DNA of 64,000 nt from an uncultured Vicinamibacteraceae bacterium (GTDB lineage Bacteria > Acidobacteriota > Vicinamibacteria > Vicinamibacterales > UBA8438), in assembly GCA_964342695.1 (NCBI GenBank), contig CAYFFV010000001.1:25335-89334 (forward strand). The letters are read 5' to 3'. Position 1 is the first letter of the stretch; the number at the start of each line of letters is the position of its first letter. Under the pieces are notes generated by a model. The model had not been told where the DNA came from and ran no database searches. It saw only the letters and a program-made list of their open reading frames with translations. Below are positions 10,096 to 20,439 of the stretch, piece after piece. Made by a program: the position numbers and the translations under genes.

Positions 10096-11079
10096 TTAGT
10101 CTTTTTTGCTCTTGATGGCCGATAGCACATCCTCGATTATGATTTCTTGAGTAGCTTTGTCAGAGCTTGGGCAATTAAATCCTGCTGCATTGCGATGGCC
10201 GCCTCCACCAAATCTTGTTGCTACTATGCGTACGTCGATCTTACCTTTTGAGCGCAAACTGACCTTAACACCGTCATTGAGTTCTTTAAATAGTACGACA
10301 GCCTGGATTTCCGAAACGTCGAGAGGGAGATTAACTAATCCCTCTAAATCACCGATTGAACATCCGGTGTCCTTTAGCATGTTTTTACTAACATTCAGAA
10401 CGGCAATTTGACCGTTTCCCTGCAGTTCCATCCGATCAAGGAGAAGACCGGTCAGGCGAAGCTTTTCTAGGCGTTCCTGTTGAAATACGATGTCCGACAC
10501 TTCAGCAGGAGACACTCCTGATGCCGAAATAGCTTTACAGATGTCGAACGTATGTTCAGTTATATTTGAATGACGAAAAGAACCGGTGTCTGTCAGAATC
10601 GTTACGTAAAGTAACGTTGCGATATCCTTGGTCAAAGGAATCCCGAGTGCCGTAATGATACGGAAGACCATTTCTCCGCACGCCGCAGCTGTTTCGTCGA
10701 ACCAGTTGACCGCACCGTACATGGAATTCCCTACATGATGATCAATGTTAATTAAAAACTGTTTATCAAGTCCTTCAATTTCAGTCCGTTCTAAAGAGCC
10801 GCACTCTAGCACGATAACAGCATCAAAAGTTTCCTCAATGGAGTCAGTGAAAATAATATCTGACAGTCCAGGTAGTAAGCGAAAATACGCTGGAGGTTCG
10901 TCGCGACACACTACTTGTGTAAGTTTCCCAATTTGTTTTAATGCATAGGAAAGCGCAAGTTGAGAGCCAATTGCGTCGCCATCTGGTCTAGCATGCGACA
11001 CGATTAGGAAGTGTTTCTTGGATGATATTGCTTCTAAAACTTGATCAAAATCTGATTTTTTGTTTTCGTCGTTTTTCAT
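10096..11079 (-). CDS. DHH/DHHA1 family phosphoesterase (NrnA-like oligoribonuclease/pAp phosphatase)
   Basis: 327 aa. DHH motifs SHARPDGDAIGS and NIDHHVGN, DHHA1 motif GGGHRNAAG. Conserved position between rbfA and truB. Confidence 0.8.
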   Translation of the reverse strand: MKNDENKKSDFDQVLEAISSKKHFLIVSHARPDGDAIGSQLALSYALKQIGKLTQVVCRDEPPAYFRLLPGLSDIIFTDSIEETFDAVIVLECGSLERTEIEGLDKQFLINIDHHVGNSMYGAVNWFDETAAACGEMVFRIITALGIPLTKDIATLLYVTILTDTGSFRHSNITEHTFDICKAISASGVSPAEVSDIVFQQERLEKLRLTGLLLDRMELQGNGQIAVLNVSKNMLKDTGCSIGDLEGLVNLPLDVSEIQAVVLFKELNDGVKVSLRSKGKIDVRIVATRFGGGGHRNAAGFNCPSSDKATQEIIIEDVLSAIKSKKD

Positions 11080-11447
11080 GAGTTTTTGTCATTTTGAGAT
11101 AATTCCACTGCAATTTTATCTAGTAAATGAGCTACGCGATCCTGTTTTTCAGCGGCGTCATCAAAAAGAAATTTTATTTCTGGCACTTGACGTAGGTCTA
11201 GACGTGCTAAGTGTCGTCTTAAAAACGGTCTGGCACGGTAAAGAGCTTTCGATATGTCACGTTTGTCGACATCAGCATGAGGCATTAAAACGTAAAAAAC
11301 GGTTGCCTGGGATAGATCTTTTGTCATTCTGACTTTAGTGAGGGAAATGTGTCTGATCCTCGGGTCTCTTACGGTTCGTGTCATCAGGGAACTGAGTTCA
11401 GTCAGCAAGATGCTCGATATTCGATCAGCACGATTATGGCTCGCCAT
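11076..11447 (-). CDS. rbfA: Ribosome-binding factor A
   Basis: 123 aa. N-terminal RADRISSILLTELSSLMTRTVRDPRI, located downstream of infB. Confidence 0.9.
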   Translation of the reverse strand: MASHNRADRISSILLTELSSLMTRTVRDPRIRHISLTKVRMTKDLSQATVFYVLMPHADVDKRDISKALYRARPFLRRHLARLDLRQVPEIKFLFDDAAEKQDRVAHLLDKIAVELSQNDKNS

Positions 11448-11462
11448 GATTACTCACTTTAC

Positions 11463-11747
11463 TTACATAAGCCAATCAATATTGTACGAAACAGTCAATC
11501 CGTTGTTGTTTTGATCGATTTCGTCAATCACTTTGTTAAAAGTGCGTTCCACGTAAACTTTTTCGTTTCCTACTGCGACTACTGAGAGGTGGCACTTTTG
11601 ATAGAGATCTTGTGTTTCTATTTCAGAAAACGAGATGTTGTGGCGGAAAAGTTTATCCTTGATGCTTTTAATCACAGAACGTTTTTCTTTGAGAGAGTGT
11701 GCTTCCGGAATGTAGATTTTTATTTCTAACAAACCGACGATAGACAC
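11463..11747 (-). CDS. DUF503 family protein (YlxP-like)
   Basis: 94 aa. IVGLLEIKIYIPEAHSLKEKRSVIKSIKDKL matches the DUF503 pattern. Conserved position between infB and rbfA. Confidence 0.78.
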   Translation of the reverse strand: MSIVGLLEIKIYIPEAHSLKEKRSVIKSIKDKLFRHNISFSEIETQDLYQKCHLSVVAVGNEKVYVERTFNKVIDEIDQNNNGLTVSYNIDWLM

Positions 11748-11797
11748 ATTTGCACCTTAAACATTCAGATGTGATTTAAATAAAAGCGGTTGTTTCT

Positions 11798-14512
11798 TTA
11801 AACAGTTGCCGCGATGGTTTCAACATCATATGACTCGATAATATCGCCAACCTTAATATCTGGAAAGCTTTCAAATGCGATACCACATTCGATGCCAGAT
11901 TTAACCTCGCTAACATCATCTTTAAAACGACGCAATGAACCGATACGACCTTCGTGCACTACGATGCCATCACGAACTAAGCGTGCTTGCGCGGCACCGC
12001 TTTTGGTAATACGTCCATCGGTGACCATGCAGCCTCCGGCAGTCCCAAATTTTGGCACCTTGAAGGTTTCCCGAACTTCAGCAAGACCCAGTTGTTTTTC
12101 TTTAATGGTTGGTTCAAGAAGGCCGGCCATTGCTTGGGTTACTTCTTCTGTAACATGATAAATAACTGAATGCTTTCGAATATCGACACTTTCTTGTTCC
12201 GCGATTGTCGTAGCATTGCGGTCAGGCCTAACATTAAAGGCGATGACGATTGCATTGGAGGTTGACGCGAGTAAGACGTCGGACTCGTTAACGGCTCCAA
12301 CGCCCGTGTGAATAATTTGTACTTTAACGCGCTCGTCGCCAAGCTTGGAAAGCGATTCTGCTAGCACTTCTGCTGATCCCTGAACATCAGCTTTTATAAC
12401 GATGGGTAATTCTTTGATGTCCCCTTCAGACAATTGCTGCTGAAGTGATTCAAGGGTCAGTCGAGAGCCTCGATTACTTAATTCTTTTTCTTTTGCCTGT
12501 GTTTGTCTAAGTAGTGCTATTTGTCGGGCTTTTGCAGCGTCCGCCACAGCCTGAAATTGATCTCCAGGCTGAGGTAATCCAGTGAGACCAAGCACTTCTA
12601 CCGGAGTAGAAGGTCCAGCTTTCTTAAGTTGTTTTCCGCGGTCGTCAATAAGTGCGCGTACTTTTCCTACTATAGTACCGGCAATAAAATTGTCTCCGAC
12701 AGTAAGAGTGCCGTCTTGGACTAAAATAGTGGCTACAGGGCCACGGCCTCTATCAATTTTTGCCTCGAGAACGGCTCCGGCTGCGATGCGATTTGGGTTT
12801 GCCTTATGTTCACCCATTTCAGTAACGAGAAGAATCATTTCAAGTAATGAATCAAGATTTTCTTTTTTCGTTGCAGACACCGGAACCATTACCGTTTGGC
12901 CACCCCAATCTTCTGGTGTAAGTTCTCGTTCTGCGAGTTCCTGTTTAACCCGTTCAGGGTTAGCGTCAGACTTATCAATTTTGTTGATAGCGACTAGAAT
13001 TGGGACTTCAGCGGCCTTTGCATGATCGATGGCTTCCTGAGTTTGGGGCATTACCCCGTCATCTGCAGCAACGACAAGTATCACGACATCAGTCACACTT
13101 GCACCCCGAGCTCTCATTGTTGTGAATGCCGCATGCCCAGGAGTATCGAGGAAAACGATCGGCCGGTCATTAACGGTTACGGCGTAGGCTCCAATATGTT
13201 GCGTAATACCTCCGGCCTCTTTTTCCGCGACATGGGTTTCTCTAACGGCATCAAGAAGAGAGGTCTTACCATGGTCCACGTGACCCATTACGGTGACTAC
13301 CGGTGCTCGAAGTACAAGATCCTCAGGGTTAGTATCCTCTGCCTCGAGAATGACCATTTCTTCTTCGAAAGTACGCATCTTCACATCTGCGCCGAACTCG
13401 CGGGCAATCATCGTCGCTGTATCGGTGTCGAGTGTTGTATTGATGGTCATCATTAAACGTTTTTCAATTAGTTTCTTTAAGACTTCTTTCGCTTTAACTT
13501 CAAGTTTTGCGGAGAGGTCTTTGACCGTCATTCCTTCTGCCAACGTAATAGTGCGAGTAATTGGTGGCGGCGGAACAGCAACTCGAGGTGCTTGCTGACG
13601 AGTTTTTCGGTCACTACGTTTTCCTTGTGGCCGATGTGGTCGAGGAGGAGGTCTATATCCTACAGCTGGCCGAGGAGGTAGTGGACGTGATGAAGGCGTT
13701 GTAGATCTTATTGGTTGAGACGGAAGAGGTCGCGGACCTCCCAGCGGAGGCTGGCTTGGTGTTGGAGTAGGCTGTGACTGTATGGTCTTCGACGGTCCCG
13801 CCTGCTTTAGTTTGATACTGGTAGCGGTTTCTTTTTTTGTTTTAATCGCTGTTTCTGTTTCAATTTTTGATTTTCTTGGTTCTTCGACGCGCAATCTAAG
13901 AGTTGGAGGCGCGACTCGGCCCGTCGGTTTAGTTACGATCGAAGGTCCAGAAGTAGTTGTTGCGGAAGATCCTGTGCTTAAACTTTTTTTACTAGAGCTT
14001 TTGTCGTTTTTTTCTTTTGTGGCCGAAACATCTTTTTTCACAGGAATTTCTTTATGCTCTGCCGGGTTTTTCTTTTCCTCTATTGATTCTTGTTCGATCG
14101 TTTCTGCTTGTGCGGCAACACGTGCGGCTTTTGCAGCCTTGTTTAAACGAGGTGGGCCAAGTTTAGGTTTCGCAGGTTCTTTAACTTCCTGTTTTGATTT
14201 TGTGGTTCTGATTCGTTTTGATGGCTGACGTTGTTGAGTTGTTGAGGAGAATATTGAGCCACTCGGTAATTTTATGCCTTTTTCTTTTCCTACCCGTTCG
14301 GCAAATTGTCTGGCAACAACTTCCTCAACCGTGCTGGAGGCGCTCTTTACTTCAATGCCATGGTCGCGACGCAATAAATCAATAACTTCCTGACTGGGAA
14401 GTTTAAGAACTTCAGCAACCTTATATATTCTAATAGTAGACAACAGTGTTCTTTCAGTCTGAGCTAGTATTTCCCGTTTTTTTCTACAAGTTTGACTCGT
14501 TAGGAACGTCAT
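11798..14512 (-). CDS. infB: Translation initiation factor IF-2
   Basis: G-domain motifs [22 protein letters not shown] and NKID, with a Pro/Lys/Ser-rich N-terminal region. The ORF-track start at 14512 overlaps nusA by 29 nt. A TTG at 14443 gives (M)[12 protein letters not shown], a more typical IF-2 N-terminus. Confidence 0.95.
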   Translation of the reverse strand: MTFLTSQTCRKKREILAQTERTLLSTIRIYKVAEVLKLPSQEVIDLLRRDHGIEVKSASSTVEEVVARQFAERVGKEKGIKLPSGSIFSSTTQQRQPSKRIRTTKSKQEVKEPAKPKLGPPRLNKAAKAARVAAQAETIEQESIEEKKNPAEHKEIPVKKDVSATKEKNDKSSSKKSLSTGSSATTTSGPSIVTKPTGRVAPPTLRLRVEEPRKSKIETETAIKTKKETATSIKLKQAGPSKTIQSQPTPTPSQPPLGGPRPLPSQPIRSTTPSSRPLPPRPAVGYRPPPRPHRPQGKRSDRKTRQQAPRVAVPPPPITRTITLAEGMTVKDLSAKLEVKAKEVLKKLIEKRLMMTINTTLDTDTATMIAREFGADVKMRTFEEEMVILEAEDTNPEDLVLRAPVVTVMGHVDHGKTSLLDAVRETHVAEKEAGGITQHIGAYAVTVNDRPIVFLDTPGHAAFTTMRARGASVTDVVILVVAADDGVMPQTQEAIDHAKAAEVPILVAINKIDKSDANPERVKQELAERELTPEDWGGQTVMVPVSATKKENLDSLLEMILLVTEMGEHKANPNRIAAGAVLEAKIDRGRGPVATILVQDGTLTVGDNFIAGTIVGKVRALIDDRGKQLKKAGPSTPVEVLGLTGLPQPGDQFQAVADAAKARQIALLRQTQAKEKELSNRGSRLTLESLQQQLSEGDIKELPIVIKADVQGSAEVLAESLSKLGDERVKVQIIHTGVGAVNESDVLLASTSNAIVIAFNVRPDRNATTIAEQESVDIRKHSVIYHVTEEVTQAMAGLLEPTIKEKQLGLAEVRETFKVPKFGTAGGCMVTDGRITKSGAAQARLVRDGIVVHEGRIGSLRRFKDDVSEVKSGIECGIAFESFPDIKVGDIIESYDVETIAATV

Positions 14513-15848
14513 TCTGTTCCGAGTCTTCTTCCTTTATTTCAGTAACATTTTCTTCTACTGCAGCCAAGGAAGCTTTTTGTGCTGCTTCAACTTGTTCACG
14601 AACGGCAATATGTAATTGCTCAGCCGTTTCTTTGTCGACACCTGCAACTTCAGAAAGTTTTTCTGACGATGCTTCTAACAAGCGATCCGCAGTATCAAAT
14701 CCTGCATTTGCTAGGTTTCTAATTTGGTCATCATCAAGTCCAGGCAGAGTAAGCGTGACGGAGTCTTCGGTTGACAAACCATCAAACTGTGCTTCTACTT
14801 CTCTCCTTTTTTCGTCTTCGTCCTTAATGTCAATTTTCCACCCTGTTAATTTAGCAGCCAAGCGAACATTTTGACCTTTTTTCCCGATTGCCAAAGAGAG
14901 TTGCCGCTCCTCGACCACGACTTCAATTTCTTTTTCGATGTCGTTGGTAACTGTTACACGTTGAGCCCGAGCAGGACTAATGGCGTTAGTAATAAACACT
15001 ATTGGATCTTCGGACCACTCGATAATGTCAATTTTTTCACCCCGAAGTTCACGTATTATTGCTTGAACGCGGTTGCCTTTCATGCCAACGCAGGCGCCCA
15101 CGGGATCAATATCTCGTTCGCTTGAAAAGACGGCAACTTTTGCTCGGTCACCTGCTTCCCTAACGGCACCAAAAAGTTTTACTGTGCCATCGTATATTTC
15201 TGGTACTTCCTGAAGAAAAAGTTGTTCCAGCAGTTTTTCATGAGTTCGAGAAAGTATTATTTGCGGCCCTTTAGTGTTTTTATTGACTTCAATGATTACG
15301 GCCCGGATTCTGTCTCCAGTATTGTAATTTTCAGCCCATGATTGTTCTCGACGGGGCAGTAGAGCTTCCATTCTCCCGGTTTCAACGACAATATCACCAC
15401 TTTCAAAACGTTTTACGGAGCCAGATACAACCTCATAGAGCCGATTGTTGTATTCAGCATAAATATTTTCACGTTCTGCTTCGCGAACCTTTTGAAAGAT
15501 AACTTGCTTAGCAGTTTGTGCCGCGATGCGCCCTAGGACATCTGTCGGTTTTGGAAAATCTATTTCCATATCAACTTCAGCATCATCTCCGTAGAGTTCT
15601 TGAGCCGCTGTCAGAGAAATTTGTTGAGCTTCATTGTCGATAGCGCTATCCGGGACAATTACTTTTACAGCAAACAGTTCAATTGATCCGGTTTCTCGGT
15701 TAAATGTGGTTTTAAGATTTTCATCTGTTTTGTAGTATTTTCGTGACGCGGTTAAAACCGCTTCTTCGATAGCGCTAATGACTTCTTCCGGATCGATACC
15801 TTTTTCTTTAGCTAGGGTCTCAATCGTTTGTTGTATTGAAGTATTCAT
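14484..15848 (-). CDS. nusA: Transcription termination/antitermination factor NusA
   Basis: 454 aa with an S1 domain and KH1/KH2 (GACVGMKGNRVQAIIRELRGEKIDII; LAIGKKGQNVRLAAKLTGWKIDI). C-terminal HhH-like repeat and acidic tail. Confidence 0.95.
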   Translation of the reverse strand: MNTSIQQTIETLAKEKGIDPEEVISAIEEAVLTASRKYYKTDENLKTTFNRETGSIELFAVKVIVPDSAIDNEAQQISLTAAQELYGDDAEVDMEIDFPKPTDVLGRIAAQTAKQVIFQKVREAERENIYAEYNNRLYEVVSGSVKRFESGDIVVETGRMEALLPRREQSWAENYNTGDRIRAVIIEVNKNTKGPQIILSRTHEKLLEQLFLQEVPEIYDGTVKLFGAVREAGDRAKVAVFSSERDIDPVGACVGMKGNRVQAIIRELRGEKIDIIEWSEDPIVFITNAISPARAQRVTVTNDIEKEIEVVVEERQLSLAIGKKGQNVRLAAKLTGWKIDIKDEDEKRREVEAQFDGLSTEDSVTLTLPGLDDDQIRNLANAGFDTADRLLEASSEKLSEVAGVDKETAEQLHIAVREQVEAAQKASLAAVEENVTEIKEEDSEQNDVPNESNL

Positions 15849-15856
15849 GGCTTACC

Positions 15857-16390
15857 CTAAAATTCAACTTCTAGTCGAGCCTTAGATACGATTAACCACC
15901 GTATCTGTTCTGTTCCGAGTTCTGTTTCAATTTCTACGCTGTCCCTATTAACTCCTATGATTCTTCCGACTGAAGAAAATTGGCCAGCGATTGGCTCTGT
16001 CGTAATAAATTTCGCAAGTTTTCCAATAAAGCGTCTGCAGTCATTCAAGTGTCGAAGAGGACGATCAAGTCCTGGTGATGACACCTCAAGCGTATATTTA
16101 TGTGCAAATTTTTCTTCAGCATCCAAGACCACGCTCAGGTCTCGACTAAACTTCTCACAGTCACGAATGCTAACGGAATCTTCAGACGAAATTTCCTTAA
16201 GTAAACCGTTGTCGCTATTTTCGCGATCAAGGGTCACTCGCAGAACCCACCCAATCGACTCCCGATGCATACGCATCTCAAAAACGACAAGATCGTAACT
16301 TTTAGCTACCCGTTCTGCTGTTGCTTTAATCTCGTCTATGAGAACGTTTTGACTCACTGCTATTCGTGTCTGTTGTGTCCCCAAAAACAA
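15857..16390 (-). CDS. rimP: Ribosome maturation factor RimP
   Basis: Contains LEVSSPGLDRPL and sits upstream of nusA. The ORF-track TTG start (16390) lies inside a terminator T-tract. GTG at 16357, giving (M)SQNVLIDEIKATAERV, is the more plausible start. Confidence 0.85.
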   Translation of the reverse strand: MFLGTQQTRIAVSQNVLIDEIKATAERVAKSYDLVVFEMRMHRESIGWVLRVTLDRENSDNGLLKEISSEDSVSIRDCEKFSRDLSVVLDAEEKFAHKYTLEVSSPGLDRPLRHLNDCRRFIGKLAKFITTEPIAGQFSSVGRIIGVNRDSVEIETELGTEQIRWLIVSKARLEVEF

Positions 16391-16409
16391 AAAGTGGGCA
16401 ACCGCCCAC
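16383..16409 (-). terminator. Rho-independent terminator-like hairpin between asnS and rimP
   Basis: The minus strand reads GTGGGC-ggtt-GCCCAC followed by TTTTTGTTTTT: a 6-bp GC-rich stem, a 4-nt loop and a U-tract. It lies 115 nt downstream of the asnS stop. Confidence 0.7.
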
Positions 16410-16438
16410 CTATAAATTTAACGTTGACGTAATGGTGA

Positions 16439-16468
16439 ATATTACCATGAGCCAATCTTGCGTCGCAA
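16439..16468 (-). promoter_or_regulatory. Sigma-70-like promoter candidate upstream of the terminator hairpin and rimP
   Basis: The minus strand reads TTGCGA (16468-16463), an 18-nt spacer, then TAATAT (16444-16439). It overlaps an imperfect palindrome, ATGGTGAATATTACCAT. Confidence 0.35.
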
Positions 16469-16524
16469 TGGAGAGCGGAGCAGTAGCCCGTTTTTAGTAG
16501 TCTTTTTGGAAATTAAGACATTGC

Positions 16525-17841
16525 TCAAGGCTTTAGCCGGTGTAACATTCTTGGGTACGGTATAGATTCTCGTACGTGATCAAGGCCACAAATCCAAGAG
16601 ACAACTCGTTCGATTCCCATTCCAAAACCACCATGAGGGACACTTCCATATCTCCTAAGATCCAAATACCATTGAAACGATTCTTCCGGCAGGTCAGAGG
16701 TCTTTATCTGCGATTCTAAAATTTCAAGATCATCTTCACGCTGTCCACCACCTATGATTTCTCCGTAACCTTCTGGTGCCAGCAAATCGACGGAAAGAGA
16801 TAGATCAGGTCTTTCTGCATCAGATTTCATATAAAAAGCTTTAATAGCTTTTGGAAATTTATGTACAAATACTGGTTGGTCGAAATGGTTGGCGAGTGCT
16901 GTTTCATCGGGACTTCCAAAATCTTTTCCCCATTCAAAACTAAGTCCCTGTGTTTTAAGAATGTCTGCGGCTTCATCGTAGGATATTCTTGGAAACGGGT
17001 TCTGTAGTTTTTCCAACATAGAGGTGTCTCTTTTGAGGAGTCGCAGTTCCTTCTGATTTTTTGATAAGACATTTTGCACGACTTTTAAGACTAGTTGCTC
17101 TGATAGATCGATTACATCATCTAAGGTGGCATATGCCATCTCTGGTTCTACCATCCAAAATTCGTTGAGATGACGACGTGTTTTTGATTTTTCCGCTCTA
17201 AAGGTTGGTCCAAAACAATAGACTTTCCCCAGCGCCATTGCGTTGGCTTCGTTGTAAAGTTGTCCGCTCTGGCTCAAAAAGGCTGTGTTGTCGTCAAAGT
17301 ACTGAACTGGGAATAAAGTGGAGGTGCCTTCGCAGGCCGCCGGTGTCAAAATGGGCGTGTCTACTAGAATAAAGTCGCGGTCGTTAAAGAATTCTCGAGT
17401 ACTGTTAATAATTTCATGTCGAATTTTAAGTATTGACGTTTGGCGCTCGCTTCTGATCCAGAGATGTCTTCTATCTAAAAGATATTCCACTCCATGCTCT
17501 TTGGGTGTAATGGGATAATTATTTGAATTGTGGATGATCTCAAATCTAGTAATATCAATTTCGAATCCACCCGGGGCACGCTTATCTTCCCGTACTAGAC
17601 CTTTAACCTTAAGAGAAGTTTCCTGGCCGAGATGGTCGGCTTTCGTAAAGATTTTATCTCCAACGATCGATTTAGACATTACGGTTTGGACGGAACCAGT
17701 TCCATCTCTTAGAGTCAGGAAATGTATCTTTCCACTTGAGCGTCGGTTTTTTAGCCATCCGTATAATGTGACTTCCTTGCCCGAGTGTTGCGAAATGTTA
17801 TTAATGGAAACCATAGAGTCCTTACTATTCATTATTGACAT
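16525..17841 (-). CDS. asnS: Asparagine--tRNA ligase
   Basis: 438 aa, class IIb. Motif 2 region [21 protein letters not shown], motif 3 region [28 protein letters not shown], and an N-terminal OB fold. Confidence 0.95.
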   Translation of the reverse strand: MSIMNSKDSMVSINNISQHSGKEVTLYGWLKNRRSSGKIHFLTLRDGTGSVQTVMSKSIVGDKIFTKADHLGQETSLKVKGLVREDKRAPGGFEIDITRFEIIHNSNNYPITPKEHGVEYLLDRRHLWIRSERQTSILKIRHEIINSTREFFNDRDFILVDTPILTPAACEGTSTLFPVQYFDDNTAFLSQSGQLYNEANAMALGKVYCFGPTFRAEKSKTRRHLNEFWMVEPEMAYATLDDVIDLSEQLVLKVVQNVLSKNQKELRLLKRDTSMLEKLQNPFPRISYDEAADILKTQGLSFEWGKDFGSPDETALANHFDQPVFVHKFPKAIKAFYMKSDAERPDLSLSVDLLAPEGYGEIIGGGQREDDLEILESQIKTSDLPEESFQWYLDLRRYGSVPHGGFGMGIERVVSWICGLDHVRESIPYPRMLHRLKP

Positions 17842-17863
17842 CGCTATTACGATTTTTGAGAGG

Positions 17864-18904
17864 TTAGCCTCGGCTAACGTGTGATGTGTAAGTATTCAGC
17901 ATATCTCGTAACCGTGCGAATTGGGGGAGTTGTTTGCATGCCTTTTCAATGTAGCGAGTAGTTCGTGGAATATCAGTAACATATGATTGATTTCCTAGTT
18001 TTGCAGCTTGATATCCGAATGTTCCTAGAGCCTTTAAATGACGCTGGAGTGACATAAGCTCAAAGCTCGCGTAGAAATTTGACCTCATTGTTATTCCCAT
18101 TTGGTGGTGGTAATAGTCAAGCATTTCCTGAATGAATGAATCATTGTGTTCAAGGTAGCAGTCCTTTAGCAGAGAGACTAGGTCGTAAGTGTCTGGCCCC
18201 ATAAGCGCATCTTGAAAGTCGATAACAAAGAGGTTTCCCTGATGATGCATTAAATTCCTGCTGTGGTAGTCACGATGACACAACACTTGTGTTTCGTGAG
18301 CTAACAATTTACTTAATTTTCTAAAATCGTCTTCCAAGGCCTTACGCGCTGTTGCTGATATGTTTACTCGGGAGTACATGATGAGAAAATAATCGAGAAA
18401 AAATTTGAGCTCCCAGTTTAATTTTTCTTCGTCGAGCGCTTGACTGAAAGGGAGGTAAGAGTTCGAAGCTAATTGTTTGCCCTGCTGCTGAAGGCGAACA
18501 ATTATTTTAATAGCTTCGGTGTAGGCTTCACGACATTCATCAAGAGAGGCTGTTTTTGTAAATTCAAACAAGGTCGTATCGCCTAGATCATCAAGAACAA
18601 GAATGCCTAGATCTTCTACTTTGTCATGAACAGTAGGGATTCTGATAGACATCTGAATCAACAGTTCTGACACGTTCAGAAACGGTAGATTGTCAGAATT
18701 GATTGCTGTTTCGTGCAGAAGTAAAATTCGTGACGATTCATCTGGAAATGTTAAGCGCATGTAATGCCGACTCGAGGCATCACCTTTAAGATGGGTTAGC
18801 CGTACGTCAGATTTATCTAGGCCTGTCCTCTTAAGGTAAATTTTTGCGCGTTGTTCGTAAGTTTCGTTTCTCAATGTAGTCATAGGGTTTTTGAGAAAAC
18901 GCAT
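17864..18904 (-). CDS. Kinase-like phosphotransferase (APH family; AmgK-like anomeric sugar kinase candidate)
   Basis: 346 aa. Catalytic loop [12 protein letters not shown] (HxDxxxxN) and metal-binding VIDFQDA. Adjacent to a sugar-1-phosphate nucleotidyltransferase. Confidence 0.65.
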   Translation of the reverse strand: MRFLKNPMTTLRNETYEQRAKIYLKRTGLDKSDVRLTHLKGDASSRHYMRLTFPDESSRILLLHETAINSDNLPFLNVSELLIQMSIRIPTVHDKVEDLGILVLDDLGDTTLFEFTKTASLDECREAYTEAIKIIVRLQQQGKQLASNSYLPFSQALDEEKLNWELKFFLDYFLIMYSRVNISATARKALEDDFRKLSKLLAHETQVLCHRDYHSRNLMHHQGNLFVIDFQDALMGPDTYDLVSLLKDCYLEHNDSFIQEMLDYYHHQMGITMRSNFYASFELMSLQRHLKALGTFGYQAAKLGNQSYVTDIPRTTRYIEKACKQLPQFARLRDMLNTYTSHVSRG

Positions 18905-18905
18905 T

Positions 18906-19865
18906 CTATTTATTTAGTGTTTCAAAGTTTAAATGTTGTGATTCAGGATCGGTTTTCATTCTGGAATCTAAATCAATTGAGACAATTTTGTTCTCGCAAA
19001 TTGTATTTTTTAGTAATCGGACTCCATCGCTAAGGATAGAATTCTTTATTCGACAGCCTTCCTCTATGATTACATCATTCCAAATGATCGTGCGAGTTAA
19101 TGATGCCGTAGGGTGAACTTGGCAGTTGTCGCCTATTAAGACGTCGGAGCGATTTTCTTTTTTGGCGACGGCTAGTGAAGAGGCGAAGTAGTCAGACGGA
19201 GTTCCTATGTCACGAAATTTTTTTGATATGCGGTGAGCGTAGATTTTTTGTGAGTCGGATTGTAATAGCGAATCATATATTCCTCCGATCGATGAGGCTG
19301 GTTCCTGATATCGAAGAGGTGAAAAGACTGATGCTTTAGCTAGCTGAATTCCAACGAAATGAAGACCGTTATGATTTCCCGGTGGACTAAATCCCTGCAC
19401 AAAACTATCTTTACCTACTGTCACTCCACCGTACCGTTTGGGCATAAGGTTATCCGAGACCGCTAAACTCACGACAGCGTTGTGTTCTTTGTGCGCTTGA
19501 AACATTTTCGTGAGATCGATATTGGTAAGAGTGTCACCGTTAATCACAAAGAATTCATCACCTAGCATTGAGAGAGCACTGCGCGGGCCACCGGCAGAGC
19601 CTAAAATTCTTGGTTCCCATGAGTATTTCACTTTAATGCCGATGCTTCTTCCATGTCCGACACAACGTGTAATCGAATCAGGTTTGTAATGCAGATTAAG
19701 GATCGCGTTTTCTACACCTTGTGCCGCCAGCCACTCCAAAATTCTTACTATTAAGGGTATGCCTGCCACCGGAACGCTTGGTTTAGCCCTCGACTCAGTC
19801 AAGGGGAGAAGTCGTCTTCCGAAACCGGCGCTAAGTATTAATGCAGATGGAACTGTTTGTGTCAC
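18906..19865 (-). CDS. Sugar-1-phosphate nucleotidyltransferase (MurU/GlmU-like N-terminal domain plus C-terminal hexapeptide-repeat region)
   Basis: 319 aa. N-terminal LILSAGFGRRLLPLTESRAKPSVPVAG. C-terminal hexapeptide-like VLIGDNCQVHPTASLTRTIIWNDVIIEEGCRIKNSILSDGVRL. Its GTG start overlaps the upstream TGA stop (GTGA). Confidence 0.7.
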   Translation of the reverse strand: MTQTVPSALILSAGFGRRLLPLTESRAKPSVPVAGIPLIVRILEWLAAQGVENAILNLHYKPDSITRCVGHGRSIGIKVKYSWEPRILGSAGGPRSALSMLGDEFFVINGDTLTNIDLTKMFQAHKEHNAVVSLAVSDNLMPKRYGGVTVGKDSFVQGFSPPGNHNGLHFVGIQLAKASVFSPLRYQEPASSIGGIYDSLLQSDSQKIYAHRISKKFRDIGTPSDYFASSLAVAKKENRSDVLIGDNCQVHPTASLTRTIIWNDVIIEEGCRIKNSILSDGVRLLKNTICENKIVSIDLDSRMKTDPESQHLNFETLNK

Positions 19866-20434
19866 AGGTCTGCGTCCTTATCTTTTTCAAGAATCATGTT
19901 AGTGGGGCTCACTTTTGCTTTCTCGCATGCAGAGACAAATAGTGCGTGGTAGGAATCTAAAATGTAATCATTTTTCGTGCGTCCCATTTTCTTTGCTGCT
20001 TGAAATATTTCGTATTCGGTTCCTTCGATCTCGACATAGGTTCCAATTGGGGTTTCATCGATCGTTAATGTTACGCCCTGATATTTATATTCTTCACGGT
20101 ATTTTTGATAGCGAAATCGAACTTCAAGCCCGAGTCTTTTCAATAAGACTATTAGTAATGAAGCATTGTCTACGGTCGTTTCCAGTTCTTCGCGGGCTTT
20201 AATTGTTTTCGCTAAAGGTGGTCCTTTGAAAGTCAGATAGGAAGTGTTTCCATAATTTCGAACACGAAGCGCGCAGTGATCCTTTTCTAGGCGACCATCG
20301 GGCCAGTCAAAAAGGCGATCATCTTGAAATTGCCGTGTTCTATTTAGTTTTGCTCCTACAGCCAGAACAGCAGCCCTCGCTTCTTTTACTGAATTAAAGT
20401 GGAGTTTAATTTCCCGTTCAATAAAGTCTGCCAT
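19862..20434 (-). CDS. CYTH domain protein (triphosphate tunnel metalloenzyme / class IV adenylyl cyclase family)
   Basis: 190 aa. N-terminal ExExK motif (FIEREIKLHF), size and charged beta-strand pattern are typical of CYTH. Confidence 0.7.
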   Translation of the reverse strand: MADFIEREIKLHFNSVKEARAAVLAVGAKLNRTRQFQDDRLFDWPDGRLEKDHCALRVRNYGNTSYLTFKGPPLAKTIKAREELETTVDNASLLIVLLKRLGLEVRFRYQKYREEYKYQGVTLTIDETPIGTYVEIEGTEYEIFQAAKKMGRTKNDYILDSYHALFVSACEKAKVSPTNMILEKDKDADL

Positions 20435-20439
20435 GGCTT

